64,000 nucleotides of DNA. Source: Octopus bimaculoides. Lineage: Eukaryota. Positions within the stretch are counted from its first letter, which is position 1; each line of letters starts with the position of its first letter. A program made the translations under genes and the position numbers. Shown here piece after piece: positions 24,795-37,335 of the stretch. Where the stretch lies: assembly GCF_001194135.2 (NCBI RefSeq), contig NC_068984.1, positions 111,778,875-111,842,874 on the forward strand. The letters run 5' to 3'. The notes beneath the pieces are model-generated. The model had not been told where the DNA came from and ran no database searches. It saw nothing but the letters and a program-made list of their open reading frames with translations.

Positions 24795-24952
24795 TGCAGG
24801 CATGGCTGTGTGGGAAGAAGCATACTTCCCAACCCCATGCTTCCAGGTTCAGTTCCACTGTATGGCACCTTGGGCAAGTATCTTCTTCTACAGCCTTGGG
24901 CCAACCACAGCTTTGTGAGTGGATTTGGTAGACGGAAACTGAAAGAAGCCCA

Positions 24953-24998
<46 letters not shown>

Positions 24999-25606
24999 GT
25001 TTGTCCCCTCTCTGTCACTTGACAACCGATGTTGATGTGTTTATGTCCCTGTAACCTAGCAATTTGGCAAAAGAGACCGACAGAATAAGTACTAGGCTTA
25101 CAAAGAATAAGCCCTGAGGTCAATTTGTTCAACTAAAGGTGGTGCTCCAGTATGGCTGCAGTCAAATGACTGAAACAAATAAAAGAATATATATATATAT
25201 ATAGGCGTAGGAGTGGGTGTGTCGTAAGTAGCTTGCTTACCAACCACATGGTTCTGGGTTCAGTTTCACTGCATGGCACCTTGGGCAAATGTCTTCTACT
25301 ATAGCCTCGGGCCGACCAAAGCCTTGTGAGTGGATTTGGTAGACGGAAACTGAAAGAAGCTCGTCGTATATATGTATATATATATATATATATATGTTTG
25401 AGTGTCTGTGTTTGTTCCCCCATCATCGCTTGACAGCTGATGCTGGTGTGTTTACGTCCCCGTAACTTAGCGGTTCGGCAAAAGAGACCAATAGAATAAG
25501 TACTAGGCTTACAAAGAATAAGTCCTGGGGTCGATTTGCTCGACTAAAGGCGGTGCTCCAGCATGGCCACAGTCAAATGACTGAAACAAGTAAAAGAGTA
25601 AAAGAG
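24795..25606 (+). mobile_element. two head-to-tail SINE-A copies (24795-25195 and 25203-25606)
   Basis: Two complete A units joined by a short (TA)n. Confidence 0.85.
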
Positions 25607-26486
25607 ATATTAGAATATGTGTGTGTGTGTGTGCATATATACATACACATATATATATATATATATAAAACTTCAAGTAACATGAAATAAAAAAAAATCA
25701 ACAATAGGAATAGATAAAAAAAAAAGAAAATAAACCAAAGTCTCTCACCACACAGCCACACCCACCCACTCACCAAATTTTAACTAATGCGTCATACAAC
25801 AGAGAAATAATAGATAAAAGTGATAATGGATTTGATGCACTAGTTGTATTATATACACCCTGCTTGTCATTCAATATCTTCCTCCTTTGCTTGTTTTAAT
25901 ACATTGCATTATTCATTTTATATTATTTATTATATTTATCATTATTATTATTATTACCATTATCATTATCAAAATTTTTTTTTTTTTTTTTTGAAAGACA
26001 AAACTTACCTTTTTGGGCATTTTTGCTTTATTCTACTTTTTCTTACTGTATTCTTAGTTATATTTCATTATTATTTATATTTTCAAAAATGCTATCGAAA
26101 ATAAAATTTATAAGCAGAAAATTTCCTTTAAATATTCAAAATTAAACTTTACTATCATCATCATCATCATCAACATCGTCATCATCATCAACGTCATCCT
26201 TATTTTCACTATTGTTATTATTATCAACTTGCTCCACTTAATTCTGTGAGAAAGGACAGCAAGCTGTTGTCAAAAGTCTCATAGGGTCCCAAAGGGTCAC
26301 TTTGCATGAATTTTAAGACTTGGTACCTAGATGTTACGAATCATGGAAGATACCAAACATCCAGCAGCAATCTCAAAATCTTTGCTGTGCTCAATAGAGC
26401 AGTTTTTTGAGCTTGCTCTACCCTCATTTCAATTTCAGTTTCTACATATTACTTGAACTTGGTTGTTAGCGCTATTATTATTATTG

Positions 26487-26527
<41 letters not shown>

Positions 26528-27400
26528 CAGTAGTCTTATTTTTATGACGTGCTTTCACTGCACTACCAAGTGCAGCTGTGTATGTCTAGGGTATGTCCTG
26601 TGGTTTGCTGTGGTGCTCTTATTTTCACTGCATTGAAAGTGTTTTACATAGGATGTGTGTGGTGCCTAGTAGTGCTATTTTCTGTATGTTATATATACTT
26701 GAAAGTCTTGGTGTTTTTGTTATGTATTTGTCTGAATATTCTTTTATCATACTTAATGTGCCGTGCCCACTATGATAGGAATTGTTTCTGTTTTCAGACT
26801 TCACATTCAAGTTACCTCTATTTCCAGGTCTTTGTATTTTGAAAGTTTCTCCATTTCTTTTAGGGAAATGTTGTCATCTGCTGGTATTGATACATCAATT
26901 AGAAAGCATTTTTTTTCTTCATTATCTTTGACAATTATATCTGGTCTATTTGCCTTAATTTCTCTATCTGTGTATATTGGCATATCCCAGAGTATGGTTG
27001 CTTTCTCGTTTTCTGTGACCTTTTCTGGCGTGTGCTTATACCATCTTTTTTCTGTTGTTATTCCATAGTGTTGGCATTGCTTCCAGTGTATGTAGGTCCC
27101 AACTCTGATGTATCTGTGAATATATTTCTTCTTAGCCAGGACTGGGCAGCCAGAGACAATATGATTTATTGTTTCTTGTCCATCTCCACATATTCTGCAG
27201 TTACTTGTTATGTTTCTTTTCATTATATATTTTTGGTAATTTCTGGTGGGAAGGCTTTGGTCTTGTGCAGCAATTAAAAATCCTTCAGTCTCTGCTTTGA
27301 GTCCTGAGCTTCTCAGCCATTGCTGGGATTTTGCTTTGTCTATTTCTTTGGTATTTAGTTTAACCCAATATTTGCCATGAAGGGGCTTTTCTTGCCATCG

Positions 27401-27403
<3 letters not shown>
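26528..27403 (-). mobile_element. 5'-truncated R4/Dong-like LINE lying in a (TAA)n microsatellite
   Basis: KRWQEKPLHG...ETEGFLIAAQDQ...CRICGDGQETINHIVSGC (CCHC knuckle)...RPDIIVKD..LIDVSIPAD (PD..D RLE)...IQKIALLGTTHIL, then a short 3' UTR. (TTA)n flanks both sides (26474-26527 and 27404-27441). Confidence 0.92.
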
Positions 27404-27443
<40 letters not shown>

Positions 27444-27615
27444 TTCCATTTGATTTGCATTTTATTTCATCTTCTGACAGGTCTCAACTAGAGACCTAAG
27501 GCACATATAAGTTAGATGGAGAGAAACTTCCTGAGAATGTGGGCAGTTGATATCAACACAATTTTTGAGTTTCATAGAATGTTGGTTTCTCAGGGATCTG
27601 GTAAAAAAAATTGAC

Positions 27616-27649
<34 letters not shown>

Positions 27650-27657
<8 letters not shown>

Positions 27658-28365
27658 CAGCATCGTGGCAGAATCATTAGCACACCAGGCAAAATGCTAA
27701 GCCGTATCTGCAAAATGCTAAGCAGTCTACTATCAGAGGTCTCACAGGGTCTCTTTCTATACATTATAAGCTTTGGTACTTGGTTATCATTATTATCATT
27801 ATTACTATTAGTATTATTAGTATTAAGGCGCCGAGCTGGCAGACTCGTTACTATGCCAGGCAAAATGCTTAGCGATATTTCATCTGTCTTCATTCTGAGT
27901 TCAAATTTCACCAAGGCCAACTTTGCCTTTCATCCTCTCGCGGTTGATAAATTAAGTACCAGTGGCATACTGGGGTCAATCTAATCAACTGGCTCCTTCC
28001 CCCAAAATTTCAAGCCTTATGTCTGTAGTAGAAAGGATTATTATTATTATTAACTACTACTATTACTACAACTACTACTACTACTGCTACTACTATTACT
28101 ATTATTGTTATCATTATTATTATTATAAAGCTAGTGAACTGGCAGAATCATTAGTATGGTGAGCAAAATGCTTAGCAGCATTTTCATCCATCTTCACATT
28201 CTGAGTTCAAATTCTGTCCAAGTTGATTTTGCATTTCATCCTTTCAGGGATGATGAAAATGTATCAGTCAAGCACAAGGGCTAATGTAATTGACTAGCCC
28301 TCTTCCCCAAAATTTCGGGCTATTTGGCCAGAGCAGAAAGAATCATTATTATAATTATTAGTTTT
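27650..28365 (+). mobile_element. three tandem SINE-D copies/fragments with (TTA)/(CTA)n spacers
   Basis: GGCAGAATC/GACTC.TTA..A.GCCAGGCAAAATGCT heads near 27666, 27835 and 28135. Confidence 0.75.
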
Positions 28366-28407
28366 AAGATTATTATTTTGTGATTTAATAAGGATTTTAC
28401 TTTATTT

Positions 28408-28581
28408 TTAGGAGTGGCTGTGTGGTAAGTAACTTGCTTACGAACCACATGGTTCAGGGTTCAGTCCCACTGCATGGCACCTTGGGTAAGTGTCTTCTAC
28501 TATAGCCTTGGGCCGACCAAAGCCTTGTGAGTGGATTTGGTAGACAGAAACTGAAAGAAGCCCATCGTATATATGTATGTA

Positions 28582-28664
<83 letters not shown>

Positions 28665-28735
28665 TTGTGTGCCTGTGTTTGTCCCCCCAGCATCGCTTGA
28701 CAACCGATGGTGGTGTGTTTATGTCCCCGTAACTT
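28408..28735 (+). mobile_element. SINE-A, 3'-truncated
   Basis: A head, long internal (TA)n, ends at ...TCCCCGTAACTT. Confidence 0.85.
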
Positions 28736-29422
28736 TGTGATTTAATAAGGATTTTACCTTATGTTTAAATACTAAACAGTCATCAATAATCATAAGAATA
28801 AAGATAAATGCTCAATACAAAAGATATTATTTTTTCCAATGGTGTTTACTTCTGAGATTATTTTTTGCGTATTTATTTTGCTTTTTATGTTTACTGAGTC
28901 TATAAAAAAAAATTGTTTAGAGTATTATAATTTTCAGCAAAAGAATAACAAATAAACAGGAAAAATTGAATAAGATCAAAATAAAATTTACATAAAAATT
29001 GAAAAAAATATATCTAGATTATCCTCCAATAAATATAATTACAAAGGAATACATAAATAAAAGTAACAAAAATATCGCAATTTTATTTATTTCATCTGCT
29101 TTTTTACTTACATCATCGATATTTTTTACTAAGGCTTGCAATTATTTTATTTGTTTTCCATTTGTATTATTTTCTCTTTCCTGTTTACTGACTCATTCTT
29201 CCTATAAAATTATATTCTACTTTATTGCTTCTATACTTTTCATTCACATTCATTCATTCATTGGATTTGGCATTTTTGTTATTTTCAGTCTTGTGTCTCT
29301 TTCTATCTTTTCTAAAATATATACATAACTTCACATTATTGCATAACCATGCCATTTCATCAGACAATATCCAGCCTTCTGTCAGTGAAATGAAATCAAA
29401 TGAAAAGTTACATAATGTTATA

Positions 29423-29473
<51 letters not shown>

Positions 29474-29919
29474 CTATATGCATATATGCATACATGAATT
29501 ACACTGAAATCAGCATAGTTATAAAGATTAAGAAATATCCTTTAATATATAGGTATAAAAAATGTTGATTTGATTACAAATAAAATTTTGTAGTTCACTC
29601 TCAGACATTTCGTACTCAACTCTTTAAACGTTTTATATTTTCTAATATTATCAGAAGCATCTTAAATTATGTCCACCATTTTGTTATTTTGTTACATCGG
29701 TTATTTCAAACAGGAATTACTCCTTTGTCGTTTCTGTTGTTCAAAGCAGTTTTTTGTTTTTGTTTTTGTTGTTTCTTTACATGCATTAACACACATATCC
29801 AAAGAACTAAAATTATGAAAGGCACAAACACAAATCACAGATATGCTATATCAGAGTATGTGGATTACTACACGTGGAGAATAACAAACATTTCCATTCA
29901 AATGTCATCGGATAGTTAA

Positions 29920-30140
29920 CCCTTTAGCATTCATATTTCTGTCAAATCTAATGCTTATTTATTCACAATGTTTTGAATTAATCATGCAATATTTCGTACA
30001 ATTGGGATTTCAATGATGTAATTGTTTATACTGAGGTTGACATTGAAGGGTAGGTGTGAGAGGCTGAATCTGGCCAGTTTGAATATAAAAAAAAAGGAAG
30101 ATTATTTTTGCCAGAAATGGCTGGTTTAAATGCTGAAGGG
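29920..30140. mobile_element. piggyBac-like MITE (221 bp)
   Basis: TTAA|CCCTTTAGCATT ... AATGCTGAAGGG|TTAA: 11 of 12 bp TIR match with TTAA on both sides. Confidence 0.8.
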
Positions 30141-31159
30141 TTAAACATGGTTATGATAATTGGACACTCACATACATACGTCCCCCACACATACAGACAT
30201 CCGTGCATACATACACACACACGTGCATGCATAGACATGCAACCACACACACACCAGTGGATATGTGTGCTCATGTCTACTGAATGTTGAAGGTGGTTTG
30301 ATCCATAAGAGAAACAGTGGACAGGAGGAGGAACAGAAGTAAAAGAATGAGAAGGTAAGAGGAAAGGAGAAGAAGAAGAAGAAGAAGAAGAAGAAGAAGA
30401 AGAAGAAGAAGAANNNNNNNNNNNNNNNNNNNNNNNNNNNNNNNNNNNNNNNNNNNNNNNNNNNNNNNNNNNNNNNNNNNNNNNNNNNNNNNNNNNNNNN
30501 NNNNNNNNNNNNNNNNNNNNNNNNNNNNNNNNNNNNNNNNNNNNNNNNNNNNNNNNNNNNNNNNNNNNNNNNNNNNNNNNNNNNNNNNNNNNNNNNNNNN
30601 NNNNNNNNNNNNNNNNNNNNNNNNNNNNNNNNNNNNNNNNNNNNNNNNNNNNNNNNNNNNNNNNNNNNNNNNNNNNNNNNNNNNNNNNNNNNNNNNNNNN
30701 NNNNNNNNNNNNNNNNNNNNNNNNNNNNNNNNNNNNNNNNNNNNNNNNNNNNNNNNNNNNNNNNNNNNNNNNNNNNNNNNNNNNNNNNNNNNNNNNNNNN
30801 NNNNNNNNNNNNNNNNNNNNNNNNNNNNNNNNNNNNNNNNNNNNNNNNNNNNNNNNNNNNNNNNNNNNNNNNNNNNNNNNNNNNNNNNNNNNNNNNNNNN
30901 NNNNNNNNNNNNNNNNNNNNNNNNNNNNNNNNNNNNNNNNNNNNNNNNNNNNNNNNNNNNNNNNNNNNNNNNNNNNNNNNNNNNNNNNNNNNNNNNNNNN
31001 NNNNNNNNNNNNNNNNNNNNNNNNNNNNNNNNNNNNNNNNNNNNNNNNNNNNNNNNNNNNNNNNNNNNNNNNNNNNNNNNNNNNNNNNNNNNNNNNNNNN
31101 NNNNNNNNNNNNNNNNNNACATACTGGTAGTTGGACTAATTTGGCTTTATGTTTTGTTG

Positions 31160-31536
31160 TATGATTGTTGGCACTCCGTCGCTTACGATGTCGAGGGTTC
31201 CAGTTGATCCGATCAACGGAACAGCCTGCTCGTGAAATTAACGTGCAAGTGGCTGAGCACTCCACAGACACGTGTACCCTTAACGTAGTTCTCGGGGATA
31301 TTCAGCGTGACAGAGTGTGACAAGGCTGACACTTTGAATTACAGTCACAACAGAAACAGGAAGTAAAGTTGTGGTGAAGGAGTACAGCAGGGTTCACCAC
31401 CACCCCCTGCCGGAGCCTCGTGGAGCTTTAGGTGTTTTCGCTCAATAAATACTCACAACGCCTGGTTTGGGAATCGAAACCACGATTTGATGACCGCGAG
31501 TCCGCTGCCCTAACCACTGGGCCATTGTGCCTCTAC
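31160..31536 (-). mobile_element. SINE head2 + tail E
   Basis: Near-identical to 9823-10209. Confidence 0.9.
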
Positions 31537-31550
31537 TGTTGTATGATTAA

Positions 31551-31697
31551 CCATTTAGTATCAAGATTTCAATGATGCGATTTTTTTATTATTAGACTAA
31601 CATTTTAGGTCAGGTGTGGAAGACCAGATCTAGCTGGTTTGGGCATAAAACATATGGAATATTTGGATCTGATGCAGACGGTTTAAATGCTAAAGGT
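31551..31697. mobile_element. internally deleted copy of the same TTAA MITE
   Basis: TTAA|CCATTTAGTAT ... AATGCTAAAGGT|TTAA. It shares GATTTCAATGATG and GGTGTG.AAG with the 29920 copy. Confidence 0.7.
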
Positions 31698-31829
31698 TTA
31701 AGAAGACTGCTTTGCTACTAATTTCCAGTTTTGATCCTATTGCATGGCAACTTAAACAATTGATATCTGTCATAGCCTCCAGTTTATTGAAATTTTGTGA
31801 GTAAAATTTGGCAGAGTATATATCTTTTC

Positions 31830-32257
31830 TCTTTTGTTTCATTCATTTGACTGTGACCATGTTGGGGTACCACTTTGAAGGGTTTTACTTGAACAAACCA
31901 TTCAAACCCAGGACTTATTTTTAAAGCGTGATAGTTATTCTATTGGTCTCTTTTGCCAAACCACTAGGTTAGAGGGACATGAATATACCAACACCAATGG
32001 TGGGAGACAAACACAGACACAAAGACACACACATAATTATGAATGTAAATGTATACAGCAATGTAACTACACACATGCTGGTGGCATTTTCTTTTCTTTT
32101 CCTTCTTTGGAATTTTACTTTTCTCTTTTCCAACGAAGATCTATTTTCAAAACTTCAAAAAATCTCTTTCTTATGGAACATCAAATTAATACATTCTTTG
32201 TACACATCCACTTCTTGTCTGTTAATGCTAATTTTATTGTTTGTTTATTTGAACTGA

Positions 32258-32295
<38 letters not shown>

Positions 32296-32645
32296 NNNNN
32301 NNNNNNNNNNNNNNNNNNNNNNNNNNNNNNNNNNNNNNNNNNNNNNNNNNNNNNNNNNNNNNNNNNNNNNNNNNNNNNNNNNNNNNNNNNNNNNNNNNNN
32401 NNNNNNNNNNNNNNNNNNNNNNNNNNNNNNNNNNNNNNNNNNNNNNNNNNNNNNNNNNNNNNNNNNNNNNNNNNNNNNNNNNNNNNNNNNNNNNNNNTAT
32501 ATATATATATATATGTTTCAATTTCCATCTACCAAATCCACTAACAAAGCTTTGGTTGGCCCATGACTGTAGCAGAAGACACTTGTCTTAGACGCCACAC
32601 AGTAGGACTGAACCTGGAACCATGTGGTTGGGAAACAAGCTTCAT
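31830..32645 (-). mobile_element. SINE-A tail (31830-32010) and head (32510-32645) spanning an N gap
   Basis: Reverse-complement A segments. Confidence 0.6.
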
Positions 32646-32671
32646 AACATGAAGACGACAAAGCTCAGTCC

Positions 32672-32818
32672 TTGTAGCGATATTTCCAGATACTATATCT
32701 CGGGACTCAGGACTGGATATTAGAGATCTGAACACAGCAATGCAGGACCGTGTAGTGTGGAAAGGGATTGTCAATGGAGTTTCGACCAACCTATGGTTGG
32801 TCAAAAGATGATGATGTT
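32672..32818 (+). pseudogene. RTE-like LINE 3' end
   Basis: FPDTISRDSGLDIRDLNTAMQDRVVWKGIV followed by a GATGATGATG tail. It resembles the RTE C-terminal D.GL..L..AM.DR..W motif. Confidence 0.65.
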
Positions 32819-32872
32819 GATTGGTATGTATAATGCTAGCTACTTACTTTAAGTCTACTAAGTTAGATAGTC

Positions 32873-33125
32873 GTGGAAGCACATGGCTTAGTGGTTAGGG
32901 TGTCAGCAACATGAGTGTAAGATTATGGTTTGATTCCTGGACCGGGCGATGCGTTGTGTTCTTGAGCAAAACACTTCATTTCACGTTGTTCCAGTCCACT
33001 CAGCTGGCAAAATTGAATAACGCTGCAATGGACTGGTGTCCCGTCCAGCTGGGGAACACATACGCCATAGGAACCAGGAAACCGGGCCCATGAGCCTGGC
33101 TAGGCTTTAAAAGGGCGCATTTATT
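32873..33125 (+). mobile_element. SINE head1 + tail B
   Basis: Matches 45-292. Confidence 0.85.
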
Positions 33126-33526
33126 TATTGCGTAAGTAAGATAGCCAAACTTGTGATGCCATTCTAGTGTGGTTGTTAGCAGAGCCATATGCTGCATTGG
33201 AATCTTGTAGGTGAAGATGATACAACTGTTTTCTGTCCCACTCTACATGCATTGTATAAAATAATACCATAGTGTGATACTGTGTGAATGGGAGCCTCAC
33301 TGACAGGCCACTCTTATGAGTCATCTTAGCTGCTTAAGACATTGTCATACCACATTGGTGTAGTGGTTAGCACAGCCATATGGTATACAGCAGGCACACT
33401 GTTCAAATCCTGCAGGGGATGCTGCAGCTGTTTTTGTCTTCTGTGTGTGTGTGTGTGTGCTGAAGTATATGTACTTAGTGTAATAATGTTGTGTTTTTGT
33501 TTTTTTCTATTGCTTGATTCAAATAG

Positions 33527-33539
33527 TGCTGGTGCATAA
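33527..33539 (+). CDS. candidate 13-nt exon
   Basis: Long T-rich tract with TGC, acceptor TTCAAATAG, donor TAA|GTAATA. Confidence 0.15.
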
Positions 33540-33606
33540 GTAATATGGATGTATAAATAGATATATAGAGGTGCTTATACATACATACACATATATACAC
33601 ACCCAC

Positions 33607-33673
<67 letters not shown>

Positions 33674-33789
33674 GACATCTCTTTTTATATATATATTTGT
33701 ATATTTTTATACTATTCATAAAGATGATATATATTTATCAGTCCATGTATAATTTGCATTTATCTATCTGTATATATATGTATATATAT

Positions 33790-34145
33790 ATGGCTGTATG
33801 GTAAGAAGCTTGCTTCCCAATCACATGCTTCTAGGTTCAGTCCCACTGTGTTGCAGCTTGGGCAAGTGTCTTCTAATATAGCCTTGGACCAACCAAAGCC
33901 TTGTAAGTGAATTTGGTAATGGAAACTGAAAGAAGCCCATTGTATATATATATATGTATGTATGTATGTATTTGTGTGTCTGTGTTTGTCCTCCGCCATT
34001 GTTTACATCTCCGTAACTTAGCGGTTTGGCAAAAGAGATCGATAGAATAAGTACTAGGCTTACAAAGAATAAGCTCTGGGGTTGATTTGTTTGACTACAA
34101 GCGGTGCTCCAGCATGGCCACAGTCAAATGACTGAAACAAATGAA
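33790..34145 (+). mobile_element. SINE-A
   Basis: A head and tail with a small internal deletion. Confidence 0.8.
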
Positions 34146-34157
34146 AAAAAAAGAACA

Positions 34158-34189
<32 letters not shown>

Positions 34190-34369
34190 CATATATACTC
34201 ACACACACATACATATATGTATATATTTGTATATACATACACAGATTCACATATATATATTACCTAAGTATTGAGTACGTTCTACTTATTTGGTTCAAGC
34301 TCTATACAGTTACAACTATTTCCAAACTTATAATAATACTACAATTAGCATATACAAATATAAGCAAAC

Positions 34370-34414
<45 letters not shown>

Positions 34415-34969
34415 GAGATACATTTACATGTATAAATACACACATAAATAAATATACACACACATATACACATCCATATACACATGTGTATTCCTACACA
34501 ATTTTGGCTTATTAGTAAAACAAAATAATAAAATAAAATCTAAAAGAATCAATAAGTTTTAAGTGAAAACTATGAAACTATGCAAAACTACAAACCTGGA
34601 AAGATGACCGATAATGCTTAAACGGAAATATCCAACATAAACCATTACAGATAAAAACTGCATGAAAGCCATCAGGGTGAGGTATTAGAGGCTAAATTGA
34701 ATCTCTAATGGATGTAAACGGCCCGACAGANNNNNNNNNNNNNNNNNNNNNNNNNNNNNNNNNNNNNNNNNNNNNNNNNNNNNNNNNNNNNNNNNNNNNN
34801 NNNNNNNNNNNNNNNNNNNNNNNNNNNNNNNNNNNNNNNNNTTTTTGTCTTTTTGGTTGTTGTTCCTTATCTTGTGCCATCGCATGGGTTCCAGTCTGTT
34901 ACATGTTATTATGGTCTGTAATAAAATATTAAGCTTTTATCTAGGATGAAAAAAAAAATCATAATAACG

Positions 34970-35003
<34 letters not shown>

Positions 35004-35483
35004 TAATAATGATAATTATAATGATAATGAAAAGAATTGAAATTGTGGTGGCTCGTTTCGGTTCGGTTTGCTTGCTGTTGTTAGAGCCATCATTGTTGTC
35101 GTCATTGATGTTTGTTGATGTTGTTGTTGATACTGTCCAGAAAGTGGGCAGAAGTCCTGGATTATGGAGGGGATACCAATGGTAGTGGTGGTGGTGGTGA
35201 TGTGGTGGTAGTGGTGATGGGTGAATGATAGTGATGGTGGTAGTTGTAGAGGTGTTGTTGTTGGTAGTGGTCATGATGGTAGTAGCAATAGCAATAGTAG
35301 CTGTGATAGTGGTGGTTGTAGTGGTCCTGGTTGTGATTATAGATGTGGTAGCAATAGTGGTGGCAGTGTTATGATAATGGTTGTACTTGTGGTGATGGCG
35401 ATGGTGGTGGTGGTGGTGGCAGTGACATTCTAGTTGTATTAACTCTGATGGTGGGTAATATTATGCATGGTCTTTTGTACTAC

Positions 35484-35805
35484 TAGAAATAGCAGTTTCA
35501 GGCAGTTATATACAACAAGTGGTGCTGGTGGTGGGAGCTGAAAATGAAAATTAAAGTAGAATCAGTCAGGTATGATAACGAAACAGCTGTAGAAAAGGTT
35601 AGTTGAGGGTAAGTATTTATCACCAAATTAGAAAAAGCTGTTAGAAATAGCAGTTTTAAGCAGTTATAAACAACAAGTGGTGCTGGTGGTGGGAGCTGAA
35701 AAGGAAAATTAAAGTAGAATCAGTCAGGTATGATAACAAAACAGCTGTAGAAAAGGTTAGTTGAGGGTAGGTATTTATCACCAACTTAGAAAAAGCTGTT
35801 AGAAA
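35484..35805. repeat. 158-bp tandem duplication (2 copies)
   Basis: Units start at 35484, 35642 and 35800 (TAGAAA) with few substitutions. Confidence 0.95.
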
Positions 35806-36407
35806 GAACTTTGAAGCCAAAGTAGCAGGAGCAGTGAGACTAATTCTTGAACACTAAACATGAAGGCCCATTGTCTGAGATAAGGTGTGTTTGCAAAGGC
35901 CCAGGCAAAATAAGGTAGTGCGAAGGACTTGGTGACGGGGCACATACTGACAGCTGAGCCATATGATCTTTGACAGATCGTGAAGCATGTGTGATATCCA
36001 GTCCTTGATGGATGTGTGGAGCAGTGTGTTTGGGAAGAGTGATGGACTTAGGTCAGTAGTTTTCAAAACCTGTTTCAATGACCTGTCACAGAATGATAGA
36101 GGAAGGTGTGGACAGAGGAAGAATGAGAGAGGAAGGTGCTGCCAAAACCTGATTTCAGAACCTTAAATAGGGGATGGATACATTCAATTGTGCATGAAGT
36201 AGGTAACTAGAGATGGACATACCAGACTTGTTCATCATTCTTTTTGGTAGAGATCTATCAGAATTGGCAACAAACTGAGAAAATTCCCAGTTGTGTAAGT
36301 TTTTATGTAAACCCCACTTACAAATTGTGGACTGCCTTTATGATTTCCCTCTCATCTATGCCACTATGACTATTAAAAGAAATCCCTATTGCTCTTAATA
36401 TTGTCGT

Positions 36408-36808
36408 TAAGGCAGAGAGCTGGCAGAATCATTAGAATGCTGAGCAAAATGCAGAGCAGTATTTCACCCATCTTTATGTTCTGAGTTCAAATGCCACCAA
36501 GGTTGACTTTGCTTTTCATCCTTTTGGGGTCGATAAAATAAGTACCAGTTGAGTACTGGGTTCAATGTAATTGACTATCTCCTCCCTCAAATTTTAGGTC
36601 TTGGACATTTAGTAGAAAGGATTATTATTATTGTTGTTGTTGTTGCTGTTGCAAATAATAATAATAAAATCAAAGTTGACTTTGCCTTTCATCATCTCGG
36701 GGTTGGTAAAATAAAGTACTTGTTGAGTATTGTAGTTGATATAATCAACTAGCCCCACCCACCAAAATTTCAGGCCTCTTATCTAAAGGAGAAAGGATTA
36801 TTATTATC
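36408..36808 (+). mobile_element. two tandem SINE-D copies
   Basis: Both end AGAAAGGATTATTATT. Confidence 0.75.
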
Positions 36809-37335
36809 GAGTTAAATTGGACACTAAACTCCACTTGCAAAGACCTGTTGAGGCAAGTGAAATCGAAATCGAGTTAAATTCGACGACTGGCACCCATGCC
36901 AACGTCGTCTCTTTCATTGGACACGAGACTCAGCTTGCAAAGACTTGTTGGGGCAAGCGAAAGTGAAATTGTGATGGCACCTGTGCCCAGCATCACCTTT
37001 CAGGCACTTGTGCCCGCGGCATGTGTAAGGACTTTCGAGCGAGATCGTTGCCAGTGCCCCTGGACTGGTTCTTGTGTGGGTGGCACATAAAATACACCAT
37101 TTCGAGCATGGCCATTGCCAGTACCGCCTGACTGGCCTTCATGCCGGTGGCACGTAAAAGTACCCACTACACTCTCTGAGTGGTTGGCGTTAGGAAGGGC
37201 ATCCAGCTGTAGAAACTCTGCCAAATCAGATTGGAGCCTGGTGCAGCCATCTGGTTTCACCAGTCTTCAATCAAATTGGCCAACCCATGCTAGCATGGAA
37301 AGCGGACGTTAAACAACGATGATGATGATGATGAT
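36808..37335 (+). mobile_element. longest family C copy, with internal about 90-bp direct repeats
   Basis: TTGGACAC....CTC..CTTGCAAAGAC.TGTTG.GGCAAG repeats, (GAT)n tail. The 5' part matches 48400-48580. Confidence 0.85.

Noticed and set aside
28999-29328. 109-aa hydrophobic ORF resembling a membrane protein
   Set aside because: It is T-rich sequence giving F/L/I/S bias, with no motif and no clear exon structure.
30168-31271. ORFs of 280-400 aa spanning N runs (also 12185, 44779, 48389 and 59529-60635)
   Set aside because: Their length comes from assembly gaps. Only the 59363-59699 part is real coding-like (LINE) sequence.
35854-36180. Complex sequence with a 74-aa minus-strand ORF
   Set aside because: It may be an old LINE fragment, but no motif could be recognised in any frame.
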